Source: Haloquadratum walsbyi C23 (GTDB lineage: Archaea > Halobacteriota > Halobacteria > Halobacteriales > Haloferacaceae). Taken from it: a stretch of DNA of 32,000 nt. The stretch is taken from assembly GCF_000237865.1 (NCBI RefSeq), contig NC_017459.1, forward strand, positions 2,490,001 through 2,522,000, given 5' to 3'. A program made the translations under genes and the position numbers. Numbering within the stretch: position 1 is the first letter of the stretch; the number at the start of each line of letters is the position of its first letter. Shown piece after piece: positions 1-6,781 of the stretch. Under the pieces are notes generated by a model. The model searched no databases, was not told where the DNA came from, and worked only from the letters and a program-made list of their open reading frames with translations.

Positions 1-542
1 TGTTCTTCAAGTTCGCCCTCTGGAAGGTCATCAGTCTGGAAGTATGGTTCGACCGACTCCATTTGGTCATAGAAGTGCTCCATATCGACGACAAGATCCT
101 TGACGACATCCTGATGTGGAAGGGGTTCGACGCGAACTGGCTCTTCAAGATCCGATAATTGCGTCTTACAACACAGTCGTTGTTTCCCATTGACGAACAT
201 TGCGTCGGATCCACAGATTGCCTGTCGACAAGAATGCCGGAAGGTGAGACTGGAATCATAATTATCCCGAGCGTACATCAGCGCATCAAGAACAGTCATG
301 CCCTTATGATAGGGGACATGGAAGTCATCAAATCGAGGTTCTTGTTTCGCTGCAATCTCAGGATCATAGCGGAAAACCTTCAGGACGTATGTATCCTCAT
401 CCTCGTGTGAGTCATCGTGTTCTGTATCAGTCTCGATCTCACTAAGTGGATCTGTGAGTGGTGCTTGCGGTGGGGAAGACTCTTTTTCAACCTCGCTGGT
501 GGTCGTTTCATCTTCGGTTTGTTGTGGGAGTTGTGTGCTCAT
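1..542 (-). CDS. sdhB: succinate dehydrogenase iron-sulfur subunit (SdhB), N-terminal part; continues past the left window edge
   Basis: Absent from the ORF track because the window edge truncates it. My minus-strand translation from the ATG at 542-540 reads MSTQLPQQTEDE...TYVLKVFRYDPEIAAKQEPRFDDFHVPYHKGMTVLDALMYARDNYDSSLTFRHSCRQAICGSDAMFVNGKQRLCCKTQ. This contains the SdhB/FrdB 2Fe-2S CxxxxCGSD motif. It follows sdhC-sdhD on the same strand. About 55 acidic residues precede the conserved core. Confidence 0.9.
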   Translation of the reverse strand, partial: MSTQLPQQTEDETTTSEVEKESSPPQAPLTDPLSEIETDTEHDDSHEDEDTYVLKVFRYDPEIAAKQEPRFDDFHVPYHKGMTVLDALMYARDNYDSSLTFRHSCRQAICGSDAMFVNGKQRLCCKTQLSDLEEPVRVEPLPHQDVVKDLVVDMEHFYDQMESVEPYFQTDDLPEGELEE

Positions 543-714
543 TGGTGACGGTAATGGTGATTACGGTTGCGATTGCGATTAATACGATATCGAGAGATGT
601 AATGTGTTTGTCGGATTCTGCTGATTGAATCTATCGGTTTCGGTGATAGTATCTCAGTTATCTTGTGAGTGCCAAACACACATAATCTGTTGGATTGAAT
701 CTGATTCGACGTGG
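543..714 (-). other. 172-bp non-coding spacer inside the sdhCDB operon, with hexamer-periodic repeats
   Basis: Lies between the sdhD stop (715) and the sdhB start (542). Positions 544-582 read GGTGAC GGTAAT GGTGAT TAC GGTTGC GATTGC GATTAA on the + strand. It is A/C-rich on the sense (minus) strand. Confidence 0.6.
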
Positions 715-1086
715 TTAGATTGGTATCCCGCCAGCCCACGCAATTGCGGTTCGGACGCCCTGTACAATCAAGACGATACTGGCTACGCCAAGAACGACCT
801 TTGTTGCTTTTCGCCGGGTGCCTGAGAGGCCCTGGTTAATCAGCGCATTATAAACGCCGTTGACGCCATGGAATGTTGCAGTGACAAGAAAGAGGATCAT
901 CAACGAGAAATACGTCAATTCCTGCATTCGCCCCTGTGACATCGCGAAGGTAACCTCATCAGCATGGTGGACAAAGTGAAGTAAGAAGAAATGAAATGCT
1001 AATACCACCACGAGGAATGCCGCCGTGATGCGCTGCCACAGCCATCGACGACCGCCGCGTTTGAATGAAGAGTAGTGTTCTGCCAT
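715..1086 (-). CDS. sdhD: succinate dehydrogenase membrane anchor subunit D
   Basis: A 123-aa hydrophobic protein with three predicted TM segments. Its start overlaps the sdhC stop (ATGA at 1086). It sits between sdhC and sdhB. Confidence 0.8.
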   Translation of the reverse strand: MAEHYSSFKRGGRRWLWQRITAAFLVVVLAFHFFLLHFVHHADEVTFAMSQGRMQELTYFSLMILFLVTATFHGVNGVYNALINQGLSGTRRKATKVVLGVASIVLIVQGVRTAIAWAGGIPI

Positions 1087-1493
1087 TATCCAAACACCCC
1101 TGCAAGGAATGTCGGCACGCTTGCAATCACAATCGCACCGGTAAGAATTAACGATGCGTAAAAACTCTGATCTTGCCCGCTAATCCCGACGCCAAGGTCA
1201 ACGAAAAGAAGTCGAAGTCCGTTGAGAATATGAAAGACGGAAACTGCAAGGAGACCGACCTCAAGTAATCGGACGATTAACAGACTCTCGAGCGACTGAA
1301 TCGTTGTTGTGTATGCTTCAGGGCTCTGTAACGCTGTTGAGAGAACGGCAATATGCGTGAACAGATAGCCCACGAGGACCCAACCCGTGAACTTGTGGAA
1401 TACCCAGGCCCACATGCCGGCTGAGAACTCTCGCCATCGGCCGAAATCCTCGACGAGGCCTCGATTGTAAGACTGACTCATAGCCAGCATCAT
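1086..1493 (-). CDS. sdhC: succinate dehydrogenase cytochrome b subunit C
   Basis: A 135-aa membrane protein with three TM segments and conserved His residues (FTHIAVL, VFHILNG). It is first in the sdhC-D-B order. The true start may be the internal Met of MSQSYNRG. Confidence 0.8.
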   Translation of the reverse strand: MMLAMSQSYNRGLVEDFGRWREFSAGMWAWVFHKFTGWVLVGYLFTHIAVLSTALQSPEAYTTTIQSLESLLIVRLLEVGLLAVSVFHILNGLRLLFVDLGVGISGQDQSFYASLILTGAIVIASVPTFLAGVFG

Positions 1494-1603
1494 TTCTGAA
1501 TGGTGGGGATATAGTCCTTACGTGTGTAATTTGTGGCTTTCAGGATCATAAATTACTACTCACTAATGAGTGAAGTGCTGCATTTATATATTATATCGAT
1601 AAT

Positions 1604-1641
1604 TTCGATAATACGCGAATAGAGATACGTCGATTATCGAA
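1604..1641. promoter_or_regulatory. 9-bp perfect inverted repeat TTCGATAAT-N20-ATTATCGAA, with a third direct copy at 1595-1603, upstream of sdhC
   Basis: Read directly: TTCGATAAT at 1604-1612, ATTATCGAA at 1633-1641 and ATCGATAAT at 1595-1603. The site lies 110-150 bp upstream of the sdhC ATG in an AT-rich intergenic region. Confidence 0.35.
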
Positions 1642-1770
1642 TACGTAACCTATCGATTTTGTGATTTACTGTGAGATATAAAAGATGACGAGCGGACCAC
1701 TTCTGAATACGGTAAGACATTTTTTATACTTGGATATAGGGTAACGTGTGAGATGGGGCACATATTTGAT

Positions 1771-2281
1771 TCATGTTAGTTTCTCGAATAGATTATCCGC
1801 GTGTTTCCACCGATCAAGCGCGAACACGACAGCGCTGATTAAGATTGCTGTGACAAGCACGCGAACATCGGATGTGATATACAAACTTGGAGTCAGTGGA
1901 CGCCACCAACTGAACGGATAAAGCCAGAATCCAGAGCGACCATCAGCAAACACCCGCAACCCATCGACAACGAGTGAACTGAACGCACCAAAGAGACAAA
2001 AATGAGAATATTTGTCGTCGCTGTCTCTCGAAGAAGACGGTAATCGCTCCGGCTATGAGCAACGCCCCGCCAAGTGAACTAATTGGAGCGTATTTGAACG
2101 GTACGCCAAGTAGTGTTTCGACGACGCCAGCATCTACAATTATCTCAATTTTGATGAGATCCGGAATTGCAGCTCCTGCCATACCAATCACAATCCAGCG
2201 GTCGGTAAGCCAGTTGAATTGCCAACTTGCCACTGTTAGGATGATGTACGGAACGAGTACATGCGTGAGTAAAACCGCCAT
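1771..2281 (-). pseudogene. integral membrane protein (possibly YdjM/DUF457-like) split by a frameshift
   Basis: Two same-strand hydrophobic ORFs (1943..2281 and 1771..1959) overlap by 17 nt. Reading the downstream frame further upstream gives ...HFCLFGAFSSLVVDGLRVFADGRSGFWLYPF, which continues the membrane protein. The upstream frame instead ends in WCVQFTRCRWVAGVC*. The shift must lie between about 1975 and 2035. Confidence 0.45.
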
Positions 2282-2283
2282 CG

Positions 2284-2769
2284 CTACTTCACCTCAAAGC
2301 CGAGCGTCTGAAGATTGAGACTCCAATATCGGAAAAACAGTATCATAATTAGAATAACAGCCACAATTGAAACCACATATTTGTAGATATTCGAGGATCC
2401 GGCTGGATTTACCACTCGAACATTGTCTGCTTGGATAAGATACTCTCCCTGGAATGTGCCATACACTTGGACGACTCCACCTGATTGCACACCTCTCTGA
2501 GTGCTAAATCGCTCTATATCGGCTGTGAATGGTCCATTATCAGTCTCGATACGTATGGTCGCAGTATTTTGCTCCTCGCTTAATTCCTCAACTGTCCCGA
2601 AGACAAACACCTGTCTGTCGATATACTCCTCAGGAGATACTTTGAGATCCTCCGTGTCGGGATATGGGTCATAACTGTCTTCTTGAACATCATAGTGAAC
2701 TCCCAATGAAAGCACGCCACCGATTAATAAAACCGAGATGACTATTCTAGCAATTGCTTTCCGATTCAT
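2284..2769 (-). CDS. membrane protein with N- and C-terminal TM helices flanking an acidic soluble domain (beta-rich, possibly OB-like)
   Basis: A 161-aa ORF with TM helices at both ends (IARIVISVLLIGGVLSL and YKYVVSIVAVILIMILFF). Its stop lies only 2 nt from the next gene's start at 2281, which suggests an operon. Confidence 0.7.
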   Translation of the reverse strand: MNRKAIARIVISVLLIGGVLSLGVHYDVQEDSYDPYPDTEDLKVSPEEYIDRQVFVFGTVEELSEEQNTATIRIETDNGPFTADIERFSTQRGVQSGGVVQVYGTFQGEYLIQADNVRVVNPAGSSNIYKYVVSIVAVILIMILFFRYWSLNLQTLGFEVK

Positions 2770-3058
2770 GACATAATTAATCTCATTCGGTCCATTACAT
2801 GTTTGCTGTGTATACGCCTGGTAGTGAGCACTCCAAGCTCTTGCATATCGATTATCTTGCCAACTGAGACAAGAGGCTAACGAGATATAATTTGATCACG
2901 AATCATTGGTGGGTGTCTCGTGTCTCAAACAGTAATAGCAATTTTATCTGAGCATATCGCAGTTTATAATGAAATAATACGGTCACGTCGCAGTTGGAAT
3001 CATGAATTATCAGGGACAGTATCGAGACACAGCTCGTCCGTCCGACCGGTAACGGAAC

Positions 3059-3070
3059 GTTTAAACAAAT
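3059..3070 (+). promoter_or_regulatory. TATA-box promoter of tRNA-Glu (GTTTAAACAAAT)
   Basis: TTTAAA at 3060-3065. The motif TTAAACAAAT ends 23 nt before the tRNA 5' end. The same motif sits at almost the same spacing upstream of tRNA-Leu. Confidence 0.6.
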
Positions 3071-3093
3071 CTGCTTATCACATTAGATTGGAC

Positions 3094-3168
3094 GCTCGGT
3101 TGGTGTAGTCCGGCCAATCATGTTGGCCTTTCGAGCCGACGACAGGGGTTCGAATCCCCTACCGAGCA
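3094..3168 (+). tRNA. tRNA-Glu (anticodon UUC)
   Basis: Cloverleaf read by hand. The acceptor stem is GCTCGGT/ACCGAGC. The anticodon stem is TTGGC/GCCGA with loop CTTTCGA. The T arm is AGGGG-TTCGAAT-CCCCT and the discriminator is A. No CCA is encoded. Confidence 0.9.
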
Positions 3169-3285
3169 TTCTTCTTGAACTTACTTTTAGCGCTGAAGAG
3201 TCAAACTCGAAGGGAATGATAGGACGAATAGAATTATATTAATTTTATCATGAGATTATTCGATATAATGCAGGCATACACACGA

Positions 3286-3293
3286 GTTTAAAC
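3286..3293 (+). promoter_or_regulatory. TATA-box (GTTTAAAC) for the 3329 gene
   Basis: TTTAAA at 3287-3292, about 36 nt upstream of the ATG. This predicts a very short leader. Confidence 0.45.
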
Positions 3294-3328
3294 GGAAGAA
3301 GAAAACATCCGCGTGATTAATAAATCGT

Positions 3329-3802
3329 ATGAGCGATCATGAATCAACAACTGAGACAGACCCAAAGGGACACGCTGAGGACATCGAAGCCAGCCAGTCG
3401 GATGGAGCAACGGATCCGCCGATAGGATGGCAGATCTGGAATAACGAGCCGGGTGGTAAGCGAATCTTAGTATTTCGACCGGATATATTCTCTGAGCGGA
3501 ATGACATCCCAGCAATGTGTCTGCCGACAATTTATGTGACAAATGGATCACAAGCCTCGCGACCAGGCGCATCACAGATACAAACTGATACATGGCATGT
3601 GATTTTGACACTTGAACCAGAGATTGAAGCCATCACCAAGTCATATGAAACACGTCAAACCGCACTTACCAGTGCGCACGATATTGCAGAGCGATTTACA
3701 CAGGGAAAAATTGAGTATCGAGATCCATATCAGGTGCCGCGTCCGGACTACTTCCAGATGCTTGATGATGTGATCGAAGAAATCGAAACCATCCCAAATT
3801 GA
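3329..3802 (+). CDS. acidic hypothetical protein (157 aa)
   Basis: An ORF with acidic, haloarchaeal-type composition, a TATA box at suitable distance and no competing ORF. I recognise no motif. Confidence 0.7.
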   Translation: MSDHESTTETDPKGHAEDIEASQSDGATDPPIGWQIWNNEPGGKRILVFRPDIFSERNDIPAMCLPTIYVTNGSQASRPGASQIQTDTWHVILTLEPEIEAITKSYETRQTALTSAHDIAERFTQGKIEYRDPYQVPRPDYFQMLDDVIEEIETIPN

Positions 3803-3805
3803 CAT

Positions 3806-4197
3806 CCTCCTCCGCGTTCACGCGGAGGAATCCCGAGCGTTGGGAGTTTCAGGTTCAACACTCCCACCGAACAACCAGCCAGTGCGAATCTGAAAGGTTG
3901 TTCGCGGTCTGAGGCGGGTGCGGGGGCGGGTGGGACTGCTGGCGGTGCCAAGCCGCCGGTACTCCTATTCTCGACCATATACGGCGTCCAAGCGTTGTTT
4001 TTGCCGCAGGGACGCCGGCAGGCGTTAGCAAACTCAGAGTTACTTTCTGTGGTGTTTTCAAGCAGTCGGGCACAGCATCGGTTCATTATCGGAACCGACC
4101 GTTCACCAGACTGGTTCCGATGATTGTCTTATTGCTTGGGGCGGACAGGCCGCCATCGTAGGACTGGCGGGAATCGCTCTGTTCCCAACCGATTCCT
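3806..4197. ncRNA. candidate structured RNA of unknown class (GC-rich, hairpin-dense, non-coding); strand uncertain, wobble pairs slightly favour +
   Basis: At least nine perfect local stems: 3809-3816/3821-3828; 3841-3847/3860-3866; 3868-3876/3896-3904; 3941-3945/3953-3957 (extends to 3937/3961 with two G-U pairs on + only); 3982-3989/4010-4017; 4059-4064/4133-4138; 4085-4096/4113-4124; 4140-4144/4150-4154; 4169-4173/4182-4186. It is visibly more GC-rich than its flanks. There is no + strand ORF of 60 aa or more. Confidence 0.4.
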
Positions 4198-4468
4198 GTT
4201 TTATTGCGTGATTGCCTGTCAGTTAAATATATGTATTTTGAAATTTAAATCGAGCGACGATAGTAGGATTTTGTAGGGCGTGACGGCGCGTATCCACGAC
4301 CTGTAGTAGCTCACAGAAGAAGTGGGTGCTTGAGTAGACATGCATCAGTCAGAATAGTTCTCTCGCATCGACTTAGTGAATTAGTTCATCAAGAAGTTTG
4401 TTGAATCACTAAAGGCCGTGGTATTGCGCCTGCTCAGCATATAATCACACTGAGTTACAAGGCTTTCT

Positions 4469-4503
4469 GAAACCGAAAATAGTATTGACCGTATCTCAAT
4501 ACT
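4469..4503 (-). terminator. hairpin plus T-tract downstream of spoVR (end of the prkA operon)
   Basis: On the minus strand, AGTATTGA-N7-TCAATACT (4503-4481) is followed directly by ATTTTCGGTTTC (4480-4469). The hairpin starts 36 nt after the spoVR stop. Confidence 0.45.
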
Positions 4504-4538
4504 TACGCTCTCAGTCTCTCACTCTGTTCGCTAATCAC

Positions 4539-6554
4539 TCACGCAAGCCACTCGTCAGGTTTAGTATCATAATCGATATCAGCCGCACGGATACGGTCTG
4601 TGAGGTCTTTATCAAGTTCACTGCGAGTTACTTCATGCCCATCATATCGCAGTCGGACGCCTGTCTCCGTTGGCTCCGGTTCGCGATTCCGTCGACGTGC
4701 CACCTCAACCTCATGCTCTTCATAGGTCTTGGTAATCGTCATGAGATTAACCGGACGACCCCATAGGTCATGCATACGCTCAAGAACTGCAGTCGCCTGT
4801 TGGATATCCAATGCAATTCCGTTGTACCGATGTCCTAATAATAACTCACCGCGATTTTTGAAGTTGTCATCAAAGACGGCAATCGTCGGTTTGCCGAAGT
4901 TCGTGAATTGCAGGAGCAACTTCTGTTTGACATCTTGATAATCTGTTGAGGCAACACGGTAGTCCTCGGTTGTCTGTGTATACTCATACGTGAAGTAGTT
5001 ATTCTCACTGACAAACTCCTGTGTGAGGAATTCATCAATGAACGTCACATCATTATGACTCTCACGAACCTCACGCATGCGGTCCCATCCAGCAGTCTTA
5101 TCAACATCATCGATTGCATCTTCAACAGTGTCATATCGGGTATCATCAAAGAGATATCGCGCATGCTCCTGTAGTTCTGATCGCCGAATTTGCTCAAGGA
5201 AGCCGCGATGTTGTGGCTGGACAAGCGAGAAGTGTCGCTCTGCAAGTCCCTCATAGGTCAGCACCTTCCATGGATATCGATCGATATTGATTGTTTCTGG
5301 ATTTGATAGCGCTCGATCAAGCATTTCCCAGTCAATCCGTGGGTCATCACCCGGGAGTGATGTCAGCTGTTCGACTGTATCACTGCTGATTGCGTCGATC
5401 CGTGGATCGGGCTCTAATAATGCACGAACGTGCTCAAAGTCAATTTCTGCATGGAAGTTCTGCCAGGTAATCCCCTCGACACGAAGTAACTTATCAGCGA
5501 CTTCGCGACGATTTGCGGAGTTTTCGACGTATTCCCAGAGCTCCTTACCGAGTTTATATGGATTCAATCCAGGTGAGCCAAGAACACGTGATTGATGATC
5601 TGCGTATGTAATGAACTCATCAGCATCCGCAAAGCCCTCATCGCTCATCATCAATGACTCAACAATACTTGCCCACCCCTCATTCATGACCTTCGTCATC
5701 TTCTGTGGTGCGAAATAATACGCCTCCCGACGAAGTGTGTCAAGAATATCGAGTTGCCACGATTCCATTGAGACGGCTTCATCCTCTTCATGATCATATG
5801 TCGTTGCATGATCGCGGAGGAATCCAAGCACATCGGTCCGTGGATGATCAATCGATGCAGAGGCAGCCTCTGATTCAGCAAGTTCATCAAGCCACTCCTG
5901 ATCGAATACCTGCTGTTGGACGTCATCAGAGAGATCGAGCTGATCAAGTTGGTCACGGAGATCTGTCGGTTGTGTCCGCTCAGTGTCGGGGTCGACATCA
6001 ACAGGGCGGTGTTGGTCTATGGTATCCTCAAGACACAGGACAGCATCGATAAATCGCTCAACATCATCACGGTCGATATCGGGGTCATCAACGTAGCCCT
6101 GGATTGTTTCACCATGACGTTCAAGCATTGCAGCGGCATCGAGTTCCTGATCACCAGAAAACCGGCTGAACCAGTTATTATTCTTGAAGAAATCTGCATG
6201 CCCCTCAACATGGGTAATGACCGCTTTCTGGTCGGCAAGAGAGTTTGACTCCTGAAGAAAGGCATGACTTGGGTCATCATTATTGACAATTTCAAATGCC
6301 TTACCCATTCCAAATTGATCTTGTTTCTGTTGACGGTCATACGTCATGCCCCATCGCCAGTGTGGATATCGACGCTGGAACCCACCATACGCGATGAGTT
6401 GGTTCATTTCGTCATGACCAACAATCCAGTAGTTTACTGGATATGGATCAAGTCCAAGTTTCTTTGCGAGGGCAGCAGCTTCAGTTGCTGGCTCCTCAAG
6501 CTGGTCAGCCTCAGCCTGTGCGCGACGACGGAAACGGATTGGTCGACTACTCAT
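4539..6554 (-). CDS. spoVR: SpoVR/YcgB family protein
   Basis: A 671-aa protein. The N-terminal region YPHWRWGMTYDRQ...FEIVNNDDPSHAFLQESNSLADQKAVITHVEGHADFFKNNNWF matches the conserved SpoVR core. It is the last gene of the prkA-yeaH-spoVR arrangement. Confidence 0.9.
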   Translation of the reverse strand: MSSRPIRFRRRAQAEADQLEEPATEAAALAKKLGLDPYPVNYWIVGHDEMNQLIAYGGFQRRYPHWRWGMTYDRQQKQDQFGMGKAFEIVNNDDPSHAFLQESNSLADQKAVITHVEGHADFFKNNNWFSRFSGDQELDAAAMLERHGETIQGYVDDPDIDRDDVERFIDAVLCLEDTIDQHRPVDVDPDTERTQPTDLRDQLDQLDLSDDVQQQVFDQEWLDELAESEAASASIDHPRTDVLGFLRDHATTYDHEEDEAVSMESWQLDILDTLRREAYYFAPQKMTKVMNEGWASIVESLMMSDEGFADADEFITYADHQSRVLGSPGLNPYKLGKELWEYVENSANRREVADKLLRVEGITWQNFHAEIDFEHVRALLEPDPRIDAISSDTVEQLTSLPGDDPRIDWEMLDRALSNPETINIDRYPWKVLTYEGLAERHFSLVQPQHRGFLEQIRRSELQEHARYLFDDTRYDTVEDAIDDVDKTAGWDRMREVRESHNDVTFIDEFLTQEFVSENNYFTYEYTQTTEDYRVASTDYQDVKQKLLLQFTNFGKPTIAVFDDNFKNRGELLLGHRYNGIALDIQQATAVLERMHDLWGRPVNLMTITKTYEEHEVEVARRRNREPEPTETGVRLRYDGHEVTRSELDKDLTDRIRAADIDYDTKPDEWLA

Positions 6555-6781
6555 TTTGAATCATCAACTCCTGTGTGATACTGTCGGTGTCGGTGTCAGT
6601 AGTAATCGTATCGCCTAGATAGCTATGATACCAAGGGGTACGAGAAGTACTGACATAATCATAGGTATAATCGCAATCACAATTACAATTATAGACGTAA
6701 CTCATACCACGCGAATTAACCAAGGTACTCGCGTTGAGACGCTTGCGTTTCAGTCTCATTCGTATTCTCATATTCATTAAT
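6555..6781 (-). other. 227-bp non-coding spacer between yeaH-like and spoVR, with hexamer repeats
   Basis: TGTCGG TGTCGG TGTCAG at 6582-6599. GCAATC ACAATT ACAATT at 6673-6690. It is A/C-rich on the sense strand. Confidence 0.6.

Noticed and set aside
3748-4086. The 112-aa minus-strand ORF (and the nested 72-aa ORF 3855..4073) as a protein-coding gene.
   Set aside because: The product is basic and rich in Pro/Ala/Arg/Cys/Gly (APPAVPPAPAPAS), unlike the acidic proteome. It overlaps the 3' end of the 3329..3802 gene. It is most simply a by-product of the local GC-richness.
3806-4197. Identification of the structured block as RNase P RNA or SRP (7S) RNA.
   Set aside because: On neither strand could I find the near-universal RNase P elements (GGAAAGUCC in CR-I; ACAGAA...GGCUUA in CR-IV/V). 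I also could not find the SRP helix-8 signature, which is a GNAR tetraloop such as GGAA flanked by the AGCA loop.

Only weak look-alikes exist. CCACAGAAAG occurs on the minus strand at 4043-4052. CAGG-stem-GGCA-stem-AGCA occurs on the + strand at 4007-4030, and AGUCC occurs twice on the minus strand. The order of local hairpins does not fit the SRP helix-5 architecture.

A covariance-model search is still needed. My rejection is by eye only.
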